DNA of 64,000 nt from Candidatus Bathyarchaeota archaeon (GTDB lineage: Archaea; Thermoproteota; Bathyarchaeia; 40CM-2-53-6): positions 352,001-416,000 of the forward strand of contig CAVTBR010000003.1 in NCBI GenBank assembly GCA_963733055.1, read 5' to 3'. The translations under genes were made by a program, and so were the position numbers. Positions 30,236-39,283 of this stretch are shown one piece after another. The notes below the pieces were generated by a model, which was not told the origin of the DNA, searched no databases, and saw nothing but the letters and a program-made list of their open reading frames with translations. Within the stretch, counting starts at the first letter, position 1, and each line of letters begins with the position of its first letter.

Positions 30236-31189
30236 TTGTCCAGCTCTCACATCGTGAAGAAAGAATCCTACCACTACATGTGGAACAAGAACCATAACCC
30301 AGTTTTGGAGATCGATTCAGGCGATCATGTTACCTTCCAAATCAACGAAGTTACGTCATCACAACTAACTCGCAAAAGCACGAGCGGCGATATCGCCAAG
30401 CTTGATGTGTCGAGGTTCTACCCCCTCGCGGGGCCAGTCCTCGTAAAGGGCGCTAAGAAAGGCGACGCGTTGATGGTTGACGTGTTAAAGGTTGATACAG
30501 CTGATTGGGGTTGGTCCGCGGTTATTCCCGGGCTGGGGGCGCTTGAGGGATTCGATCAGCCCTATCTGTGGACGTGGAAAGTCAACAAGAAAAGTTGGAT
30601 AAACTTCACACATGGCCTGAGAGTTCAGTACCGACCGTTCTGTGGCGTGATGGGGGTTGCACCGGCCAACGATGTGCCGACTGAGGTCATGCCTCCTGGA
30701 TTTCACGGTGGCAACATGGACGTACGCCACTTGACTGCTGGAAGCAAGCTACTACTCCCGGTTCAGGTAGATGGTGGTCTGTTTTCGGTCGGCGACGTGC
30801 ACGCTGCTCAGGGCGATGGGGAGGTTTGCGTGACGGCTATCGAATGCCCTGGAACGGTCACCGTGCGAATCGGTTTGATTAAGGGAGCAAACCTTGAGGC
30901 TCCCCACTATTTCACAGCCCCCGAGAGCACGGTTGGAAGAGCCTACGTAACAACCGGCATAGCACCTGACCTGATGGATGCATGTAAGCAATCTATCCGA
31001 GGCATGATACGCGAGTTAACGGAGAATGCGGGGATCAGTAGAGAAGAGGCTTACATATTCTGCAGTGTGGCTGGGGACTTAAGGGTGCACGAAATTGTTG
31101 ACAAGCCAAACTGGGTTGTTGGCTTCATGATACCTCAGAATTGTTTCGGCCCAGTATGGAAGAAGTTGGTCGCGCATAGAACCCACTGA
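30236..31189 (+). CDS. Acetamidase/formamidase family protein
   Basis: PLAGPV, PFCGVMGVAP, HGGNMD, GDVHAAQGDGEVCVTAIE. Confidence 0.93.
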   Translation: MSSSHIVKKESYHYMWNKNHNPVLEIDSGDHVTFQINEVTSSQLTRKSTSGDIAKLDVSRFYPLAGPVLVKGAKKGDALMVDVLKVDTADWGWSAVIPGLGALEGFDQPYLWTWKVNKKSWINFTHGLRVQYRPFCGVMGVAPANDVPTEVMPPGFHGGNMDVRHLTAGSKLLLPVQVDGGLFSVGDVHAAQGDGEVCVTAIECPGTVTVRIGLIKGANLEAPHYFTAPESTVGRAYVTTGIAPDLMDACKQSIRGMIRELTENAGISREEAYIFCSVAGDLRVHEIVDKPNWVVGFMIPQNCFGPVWKKLVAHRTH

Positions 31190-31285
31190 GTCAGGCGAAG
31201 AGTTTCACGAATTAGAACAGGGATGCACCCGCGTTCTATTACCTAGACTATTAGCCGAAGTATACCTTCTGATATTTCGATTGCA

Positions 31286-31987
31286 ATGAAGAAACGAGTG
31301 ATGGGCTTAGGATTAGTCGGCATAATCGTCCTTGCGTCCTTTCTATACTTCGTCGCTATACCAAGAATAAGCGTCACCGGAACGGGAACCGTGACCGCTT
31401 ATCCCAATGAAGCGGACGTAATGTTTTCAGTTCGCACACAAGACTCATCGGCCGCCAAGGCGGCAGCGGAGAATGGGGTTCAGGCGACTGCTGTTTTTGC
31501 TTCGCTGGGGGCGCTTGGATTGAACAAGAGCGACATCAGGACAATTTCTTACTCTCTCTCGCCTGCATATGACTCCTACAATTACAGCCAAGTCATAGGT
31601 TACGTTGTCGTTAATTCCATGGAAGTAATCGTGATCGGAACTGAAAACCTACCCATCGTGGGGAGGATCGTAGATGCGGTAGTCCAAGCTGGTGCAAACC
31701 AGATAGATGGAATTACCTTCACATTCACTGACCCGAACTACAACACGCTTCGAGCCGAGGCTTATCAGAAGGCGGTTCAGGACGCGAACTCGCAAGCATC
31801 AGCAATAGTTACTGGGTTAGGCGGAGTAATCCTCGGGGTTGCATCAGTATCAACCAATTACGGCTACGGCATCGTCCCACAACCAATGCCATACTCCAGC
31901 ACAAGCGGCGCAAAACAACCTACACCAATAAACTCCGGACCCCAACAAGTAACCGCAACAGTGAACATCACGTATCTCTATCTCTAG
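31286..31987 (+). CDS. SIMPL (DUF541) domain protein
   Basis: ISVTGTGTVTAYPNEA, DIRT..YSLSP.Y, AGANQIDGITF, A...AVQDA. Confidence 0.9.
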   Translation: MKKRVMGLGLVGIIVLASFLYFVAIPRISVTGTGTVTAYPNEADVMFSVRTQDSSAAKAAAENGVQATAVFASLGALGLNKSDIRTISYSLSPAYDSYNYSQVIGYVVVNSMEVIVIGTENLPIVGRIVDAVVQAGANQIDGITFTFTDPNYNTLRAEAYQKAVQDANSQASAIVTGLGGVILGVASVSTNYGYGIVPQPMPYSSTSGAKQPTPINSGPQQVTATVNITYLYL

Positions 31988-32190
31988 GCAAACTAGGAAT
32001 CCATCCGTGACTACGTTTCTACCTTTCACAAAACGTGTCCAAACTTCGAATCAATGGCTTTGACGCGCAGTTTCCACAAGTCTTTCCTATGCCTGAAAAC
32101 AGAGAATAGAAATTCTCGTGCGTCAACAAGGCCAAGCTTCTACTTGGTAGAATCATCCTTAACCCCAAGGGTCAAGATTACTCGGGGGGG

Positions 32191-32415
32191 TTGTTTGAAT
32201 TGTCCATTAGATGTCCGGCATGCGACTTCAATAATCGCGACGAAAGCGCATTCTGTACTTGGTGTGGTTCGCAGATGACTGAAACCGTCATCGCTGTCCC
32301 ACAGGTTGTAGCTGCCACGAGGCCAAGGGTGTGGCTTCCTAGGTACATTTATGCCCGCGATCCGTCCCTTGGTTACTATCCCGCTCTGGAATGGCAGCAA
32401 TACGAAATGCAATGA
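32191..32415 (+). CDS. Zinc-ribbon micro-protein
   Basis: CPACDFNN...FCTWCGS, aromatic-rich C-terminus. Confidence 0.7.
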   Translation: MFELSIRCPACDFNNRDESAFCTWCGSQMTETVIAVPQVVAATRPRVWLPRYIYARDPSLGYYPALEWQQYEMQ

Positions 32416-32735
32416 TGCCGTGTGAAAGTCACCAGAGGTTTCCACATTTTTCTCACAGTTTCTTTAATCTTTGAGCTGGCCGTGACCGAAGGGTTTCAAA
32501 TGCGCATCGTAATGGTCTGAGAACAGCGCCTGAAACCTCTTGATTCAATGACTGCATAGAAACTCACCCGGGGATTGGACGTGACGCGGGATGGCACACA
32601 AATGAATTCACGTATGAGCGTGTCGCCGAAGACCGTACCCAAGGCGCTATCATTTCTCTATGAGATCAGACCGTTGCCCATGGCTGCAACGCTACCCGCA
32701 GCTCTTCTTGGAGCCTTCAACCCAAAAAGTGATAG

Positions 32736-32945
32736 TTGATGATGTACACATTTGCCGTAAAAGTCATTGCGGATGAAAGAGTCCTAGGTAACTTGGGGGA
32801 TTTAGCGAAGAGGCTCGGAATCACCGTATGTGCTTTGCGGGAGGACCACCAAATGTTGGACGGGTATGTGGACCCTGACGTTCTGGTTGTTGGTGTGAGA
32901 ACCAGACTGGAGGATGAAAGGAACCTGCAGGACAAGATCGGATAG
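32736..32945 (+). CDS. Hypothetical small protein
   Basis: 69 aa with alternating beta/alpha pattern; no motif. Confidence 0.4.
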   Translation: MMMYTFAVKVIADERVLGNLGDLAKRLGITVCALREDHQMLDGYVDPDVLVVGVRTRLEDERNLQDKIG

Positions 32946-33287
32946 AAAGAATTGTGGTACTATTCTCCAGATAGAGAACGTTTGGACCAAGTTAGAAAGC
33001 GCATCTCTGATCTTCTCGAAAGAATGTTGGCGGAATTGAAAGATAATGCGACGGTGTCAGAAATTTATGAACTTACCCAAACAAACAAGTAGAATTCGTC
33101 TTACGACTGCAAGTGCAATCTCACCTTCCTGTGGTATACCGAAGCGCTCCATCATCAACCAGCTCGGCGTAATTACAATCCGCTGGGGCAGGCCAAGCTC
33201 CAATTTGACATACAGCCGTAATCATTTCCACTTTTACCACAAAACAACATTACTAACAGCTGCTCCCAAATCACGAACGTGATTTAA

Positions 33288-33503
33288 GTGGATCTGGAAG
33301 GAGAGGCCAGAAACTTCATTCGCGAAATTGAAGATGCGCTGAAACAAGCGGAGACAGACATCAGAAACGCCACTCAAGAATTACAGCGGCAAGCAGGTAG
33401 GAAATCGAACGAAATGCAACCGCAAGTTAAACAGGCCATTGCTCAAACCATACGCAAAACCATAACTGAGCTCGAGAAGATCGAGAATCGGCTGAGATCG
33501 TAG
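33288..33503 (+). CDS. Small coiled-coil protein
   Basis: 71 aa with heptad pattern and charged helix composition. Confidence 0.7.
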   Translation: MDLEGEARNFIREIEDALKQAETDIRNATQELQRQAGRKSNEMQPQVKQAIAQTIRKTITELEKIENRLRS

Positions 33504-33574
33504 GATCCGACCGCGAAACGTTGAGACTCAAACGGGTTTTCCACAGTCACACCGGTCGTTAAAAATTCAGTAAT

Positions 33575-33797
33575 TCATTCACGAGGGTTGAAGAGACGGG
33601 ATTTCGAGTTTGACGGATACCCGTCTTCCTCTGCATTTACATGCTCGGAATAGTGAACCGGGAAATCTCCGCAAGTGGGGCATCTCATCTTCGCGGACGT
33701 AGTTGACTCTTCAACCAGCTCCACTCTGGTTTGGGTTGCAGCTATTTTCGCGCGTTCTTGGGCGAGCTGAAGTTCTGCAGAGCGCGACCGGGCTCAT
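33575..33797 (-). CDS. Possible small CxxC protein needing one base removed next to a CGCG site
   Basis: ATG at 33797; MSPVA/SAELQLAQERAK...MRCPTCGDF...; speculative join. Confidence 0.25.
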
Positions 33798-34083
33798 TTA
33801 CCTATCACACTATTTCATCCCCCAATGAGCATGTGAGGCTATTTCCACCATTTCCACCCAGCCGATTTCAAACAGACAACTCTGCAGGAATATTCGCCGA
33901 GGCAGATTAACGACGAACGAAGTCGGTGAAAGCCAGTCACGATTGAGCGATCATGATTGCTAATAGTTAGCCAGTAAACAAACCCGTTGACCGTAGAAGA
34001 TGGATACAGGTGGAAATGGTAGACCAATATCTAATAGGTCCAGAAGGCAACCCCTTCCCGTGGCCGAATCAAGGTAACCCTAA

Positions 34084-34515
34084 ATGGAAAATGAACACCC
34101 TACGGATGACCTAAGTGGATGCGTGACACCGATCCAGGTCGATGCAGGATTCCTTTTGAAGCTTGAAGGGCAGAGTGTAGTATCGCTGAAGCTGCCAAGT
34201 AAAGTTGCAAAGCAACTCTCCGGCGAAGAGATGAAGTCACAGGGAATCATATCCCGGCTGAAAGCCAGACTCAAACGGAGTTCAGAAGCGGACCGATGGC
34301 TTACGCTTACAGTTGTTGATAACCCGCTGTTGGAACACCTCGATACATTCCGCGCTTTGGTTGCTGAAGGACTCACCAGCGCAGGGGTTAGAATCGAGAA
34401 GCATGATCTCACGATCGCCGCCACGGTTCCAGTAAGCGGGGTGGAAGAGCAGTTCGACCAAACCGTACTGCAAGAAGATCAAGATGTTTTAGAGAAACAG
34501 TTTGTTGACAAGTAA
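34084..34515 (+). CDS. Hypothetical protein
   Basis: 143 aa ATG ORF with globular composition; AGGT upstream. Confidence 0.6.
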   Translation: MENEHPTDDLSGCVTPIQVDAGFLLKLEGQSVVSLKLPSKVAKQLSGEEMKSQGIISRLKARLKRSSEADRWLTLTVVDNPLLEHLDTFRALVAEGLTSAGVRIEKHDLTIAATVPVSGVEEQFDQTVLQEDQDVLEKQFVDK

Positions 34516-34806
34516 ACTAGAAGCTGACGCTCCTAAGCCTCGTTTTTGTATGAATGTTTACGTTCGGATTTATCACCCTTTGTTTCTGGTCGAAGGGATA
34601 GAATACATGGCAACTTTGAAACCAGCGAAAGCAGCGTCGTTATCCGCTTCCCCGTGTAATCTTTTTTCGAAAATTGCGGTCCTTTTGGCATCTAGTATGA
34701 TCAACGCCGTACGGAATACGGCTGACCGATCCGTGTCAGTGGAGTTATTCCACCAATGGCTATGGGGAAGGTAGGTTGCTAGTTGGGTTGTGAGGTGAAG
34801 TTGAAT

Positions 34807-34932
34807 ATGAGAACCATCAAGGTTCCTGTGTTTGAGTACCCAGCAATGGCCTACCCATACTACCCCTACCCATACGCCTTCGCTAACACCTACGGGTGGC
34901 AGTGGCCATACGCATACGGCTATTACTACTAA
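34807..34932 (+). CDS. 41-aa Tyr/Pro-rich peptide MRTIKVPVFEYPAMAYPYYPYPYAFANTYGWQWPYAYGYYY
   Basis: Manual translation; strong SD GAGGTGA upstream; 12 Tyr, 11 of them TAC codons. Confidence 0.7.
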   Translation: MRTIKVPVFEYPAMAYPYYPYPYAFANTYGWQWPYAYGYYY

Positions 34933-35108
34933 ACCAAAATGCTGAACCTCACCAACCTTTCTTTCCACCTTGTAATGTGCCTTCGACTGATCGAAGACTT
35001 ATCGACTTTCACGGAACCCACGCGTCAACCATCTTGGACCCCGCTGTCTTGCGGCAACAACCGAATGTTGCGTAAATTCGCTTGAACTGTGGCTCGGAAG
35101 TGAGGCGA

Positions 35109-35261
35109 ATGGAAGACGATGCAGAGGAAACTGAGTCGGACACAATGGGGGTAAATAGATGCGAAGTCTGCGGGCAGGAACTTGACACCCCGATCGCGCT
35201 GAAGGCTCACCTTGAAACCGCACATGGTGCAGCGGCCACTGGTCGGAAGAACCCACGCTAA
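35109..35261 (+). CDS. 50-aa C2H2 zinc-finger protein
   Basis: Manual translation MEDDAEETESDTMGVNRCEVCGQELDTPIALKAHLETAHG...; exact C-x2-C-x12-H-x4-H; GAGG upstream. Confidence 0.75.
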   Translation: MEDDAEETESDTMGVNRCEVCGQELDTPIALKAHLETAHGAAATGRKNPR

Positions 35262-35360
35262 CACATGCTTTACGCTCAATTGACGAAGACCCGGCTCGGC
35301 TCGTCTCCACTTTTGTCGCCAAATCTTATTCGTTTCTTCGTGCCATTTCGAACGGTCACC

Positions 35361-35585
35361 ATGAAGCGCAAGACTGAATTCAAGGCAATGTTCCGACATG
35401 AACGGAAAGCATCGCCCAATCGGTTCGCGAAACAATCATTCCGAACCATACGATCGGGCAATCACCGGATCATTGTCGCTTGCCCGAAAGGAGAGTTTCA
35501 TGCTGGCCAGTGCGAGGTTGCAATGAAGATACAAGCTGTCTTGCACCCGAAAGCTGAACAGAAGAATTCTACGAATTGCCGATAA
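35361..35585 (+). CDS. Small basic protein (74 aa) with Cys pair
   Basis: MKRKTEF...SFRTIRSGNHRIIVACPKGEFHAGQC...AVLHPK. Confidence 0.6.
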   Translation: MKRKTEFKAMFRHERKASPNRFAKQSFRTIRSGNHRIIVACPKGEFHAGQCEVAMKIQAVLHPKAEQKNSTNCR

Positions 35586-35735
35586 GATCAGAAATGTCGA
35601 AGAATGCTCACGAGTCGTAGAACTAGTGCGCCACTTTGTCCGTGCATTGTCTTGGTCGCCGGATATACATCCGCTAGATCATACGGTATACCAAAACTAA
35701 AGTGTGTGGTTACTACACTAGGTAATTGATTTTTC

Positions 35736-37159
35736 TTGGGCAAATCTCCCCGCGCCATTGTTAGAGATGGAAGAGTTTCTTCGGGAATTTCTGAACTGGA
35801 TAAGATTCTGGGCGGGGGATACTATGAAGGCAGCTTAATTCTTGTTTGCGGGAATCCGGGAACAGGCAAGACTATCTTCTCAACACAGTTTCTGTTCGAG
35901 GGAACCAAAGACCATGGCGAACGGAGAATGTACGTATCTTTTGCGGAAGGAGCAGAGCATTACTACCGAAACATGGCACCTCTCGGCCTAGATATGAAGA
36001 GCCTTGCTGATAAGGGACAATTCAAGTTCTTAGGACTACTCTCGATGCGCCCCAAAGCGATGCAGGAATCGCTGAACTTGATTTTTCAGGAGGTTGCCAA
36101 ATTCAAACCTCAACGACTTGTAATTGACTCAATTAGTGCAGTGTTGCAGTCTCTAGGCCAAAGTGAAACTCGAACATTCCTTCACACTGTGTTTGGGAGA
36201 ATAATCAAGGAGCAAGGAGTCACGACTCTGCTTGTTGGCGAAGTCCCATACGGCGAACCGAGGATCGGGTTTGGAATTGAAGAGTTCATCGCAGACGGCA
36301 TAATCATACTCAGGGCAAGCAAGATTGGCGCTACAGAGAGACGTGAACTGGAAATACCGAAGATGCGGGGCAGCCGAATAGAGCGAGCCACATACGAATA
36401 TCTGATTGACGAGAGATATCACGGCATAGAGTTGGTCGTGCTGCCTACACGACTACCCGCAACAGATCTGTCGAATGAGAGAATGAAAACAGGCATTGCC
36501 GGATTAGATCAAATGCTCCACGGTGGGCTACTTAGGAATACGGTGACGTTGGTAGAGGGGAACAGTGGAGTAGGAAAGACAACTCTGTGCCTACAATTCC
36601 TTGCTGCAAATGCTAGGAAGGGGAGAGAGGTCTTTACATATCTTTAGAGGAGCCTGTTGAGCAAGCAATTGCGTTGCTTGTAGGCTACGGAATAGACTAC
36701 CACAAAATCAAGAACAACTTACTGATTGAATCATTGGTTCCTGAGGCATTCACTCCTCTTCACTATTACAAATTGTTCAGAGACATCGTGGAGAGGGAGA
36801 GGATTAAGCCGAAAATGCTTGTGATAGACCCCGTAACTGCAATTCAGCATACGCTCCCCCGCGAAGAGTTCATTCCACTGATGCGCTATCTCCAACTCCT
36901 CTGCAAACAAGAAGGACTCACTGCTATGCTCACTTCAACAACTGGAACTTTGGAATTTGCTGGGGAATCTGGGATTTCAACTCTCACCGATAACATAATC
37001 GTAATGCGCTACCTTGAAGCCAAAGGCAGAATTAACAGGGAAATTGCCACTATTAAGACTCGTATGTCGCCGCATGACAATAGAATTATCCCATTCGAGA
37101 TAACAAGTAAAGGGATGACGATTCGGAATCTTACGTCGAGAGCGCCCACAGAAGTCTGA
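35736..37159 (+). CDS. kaiC: Double-domain KaiC-like ATPase, one G missing in the G-run at 36620-36623
   Basis: CI: GNPGTGKT, VIDSIS, GIEEFIADG; CII: GNSGVGKT, (YIS)LEE, VIDPVT, GISTLTDNII; adding one G joins ORFs 35736-36647 and 36674-37159. Confidence 0.88.
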
Positions 37160-37398
37160 GACAACGTGCCTGAGAGTCAAACGGTTTTGCACCGGAAGGA
37201 AGAACGAGACAATTCGCATTAAGGTGAACCCGATCCCTCCCCTAATGTCGTAAAAGAACTCAGTTCTGACCAGTCACTTACGTAATACCTGGCGCCGACG
37301 CCATTTCAGCGCCGCAGCCGTAATCAATGGGTTTTTAGTTCCTGTTCGAACACCAACCATTCCATACGAACTGAGCTGGGGCGAGACCGATGTGCAGG

Positions 37399-38841
37399 TC
37401 AAACCATCGGAGTCAATCTAAGCCTGGGTATGCCTTCCCTGACTTCACTGCTCACTGAGAGGTATGGGGTAGGCCTAGGTTTTACGACCCGCATGAATAC
37501 GCATCCGTTCCGTTCGATGAGCTTGAAGTGCCAATTTACCAGATCCAAGATTCGGTGAGTGACCTCCGAATCGGACCGGGTTGTGGCGAGGGTTAGATTG
37601 CCCAACAATATGTTCTGTGCGATCGCGTCACCGATAGCACCATACAACATGTCTTGGTGCCCATGGTAGATGTTCTCTAGGGTTGGGTAGCCTATTATTC
37701 TGAGTACGGGCTTTCCGCTGTGTTGCATTAGATCGAGGCATGTTTGGTTTAGTAGTTGTTCCGTTTTCTGTACGGGGTCATTAGCTTTGCACGATACTAC
37801 ATACGAGGGCTGATCCCCGCTGCCGAGCCAGGGAACTGTTCCGGTTCTTTCGAATATTCGTACGAGTTTATCGAATGTTTCAACCGAAATATGCCGCGTC
37901 ATCAGCTGTCTGATCTCTCCACTCGAGGCACCGAGAGTTGGCATAAACAAGACGCTACGTTGCTGGGCGAGGAAGTTCCAGGCAACAGGGAACTGGAACA
38001 GTCGAATTACTTCTATTGGCACATTCGGATCGGCCTCTAATACGATGTATCCGCCCTTTGGGTAGCCGCCTCCAAGTAGCGCATCGAGCGTTCTGCTGCC
38101 AGAGGAGAAGCACGATTCTGCGTCCTTCATGGGTTTCCAAACCTCGGGTTTGGGAATCGGTTGTGAGATTGGAGGAGCAATTATCTGAAATCCATCATCC
38201 AGTGTGAAAAATCTTGTAGATTCGTATAGCCTCACTCCTCTCATCTTCTGCATCTCCAGATTACGGAGATGCTCTGGTGAACGGCCTAAGCGGATTATAC
38301 CGTCTACGAAGAATTCTTCGATTCCATCAATCGTACTATTTTGCCCATATGGAATCTCACCCACTAACAATGTGGTGATCCGCTTCTCTTTCACGAACTT
38401 CCCGAAGATTGTATGCAGGAAGGTCCGCGTTTCGTCCGGTCCCATAGCTTGAATCATTGAGCTTAATGAGTCGAACACGACCCGCCGCGGTTTGAAAGCT
38501 AGCACCGATTGAACAATGTTGCCAATAGAATCTCGCATTCCTTTCGTGGTCATCGGAGTCGAGCTCAGAAATTTGATGAGCTTCCTTCGCTCTAGTGACT
38601 CAAAGTCGAATCCAAGGAGCTTGGCATTGCGTTTAAAATCTACGTGATCCTCGAAGAACGTTACAAATACTCCACGTTCTCTCTGTACTTTGGCACCATG
38701 GTAAAGGAACTGAGTGCAGAAAACTGTTTTGCCAGTTCCAGGATTCCCGTCAACTAGAATAGCGCTGCCCTTCGGAAAGCCACCATCCAGCAAGGAGTCT
38801 AACATCTTGCTGCCTGTCGTAACTTTGTTAGGCTGGGGCAT
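37399..38841 (-). CDS. KaiC/GvpD-like ATPase (active N-domain, degenerate C-domain)
   Basis: GNPGTGKT, FFED, VFDSLS, GIEEFFVDG, KMRG; second domain SSGSRTLDALLGGG lacks Walker A. Confidence 0.88.
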   Translation of the reverse strand: MPQPNKVTTGSKMLDSLLDGGFPKGSAILVDGNPGTGKTVFCTQFLYHGAKVQRERGVFVTFFEDHVDFKRNAKLLGFDFESLERRKLIKFLSSTPMTTKGMRDSIGNIVQSVLAFKPRRVVFDSLSSMIQAMGPDETRTFLHTIFGKFVKEKRITTLLVGEIPYGQNSTIDGIEEFFVDGIIRLGRSPEHLRNLEMQKMRGVRLYESTRFFTLDDGFQIIAPPISQPIPKPEVWKPMKDAESCFSSGSRTLDALLGGGYPKGGYIVLEADPNVPIEVIRLFQFPVAWNFLAQQRSVLFMPTLGASSGEIRQLMTRHISVETFDKLVRIFERTGTVPWLGSGDQPSYVVSCKANDPVQKTEQLLNQTCLDLMQHSGKPVLRIIGYPTLENIYHGHQDMLYGAIGDAIAQNILLGNLTLATTRSDSEVTHRILDLVNWHFKLIERNGCVFMRVVKPRPTPYLSVSSEVREGIPRLRLTPMV

Positions 38842-39283
38842 GCTTCATCATCTCCTTTGCAAGTTGAACATACTCGACCAAACCCTTACCCTCAACAGGT
38901 GAGAAGGTTAAACCCAAACTCGCGAACAGTCGCCTCGCTATCCCTCGTTGAATAGCATTGCTGTCTATACCGAACGTAACGTCAAGCGCTGAACAAAAAG
39001 ACCTCAATTTGTCATGCAAATTGGCGCGGGAGATTCTCCTCTCCTGCAAGTGAGCATAGAATGCCTCCACGACTGCCTCGCCAAGCATCTCGCTAATAGC
39101 TTCATCAACTGCCCTGGCAAGACTTGCTTCAATAAGTTCTTGATCAACTTTGGATGTGGAGGTTTGCATGCGGGAGGGGAAGCGACTGTCTTTGCCAGTT
39201 GTTCTAGGGGAAGGCAAAGCGCGCTGAGCCACCTCGCTCCGCTTGTGAGTGAGAGCCAATGTCTGCGTAAATGTCTTTTTCAT
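38828..39283 (-). CDS. Small helical KaiC-associated output-domain-like protein (DUF3227/NitrOD5-like)
   Basis: AVDEAISEMLGE...F..AL...FG...I...IARRLF..LGL pattern; paralog of 61841-62266. Confidence 0.7.
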   Translation of the reverse strand: MKKTFTQTLALTHKRSEVAQRALPSPRTTGKDSRFPSRMQTSTSKVDQELIEASLARAVDEAISEMLGEAVVEAFYAHLQERRISRANLHDKLRSFCSALDVTFGIDSNAIQRGIARRLFASLGLTFSPVEGKGLVEYVQLAKEMMKHAPA

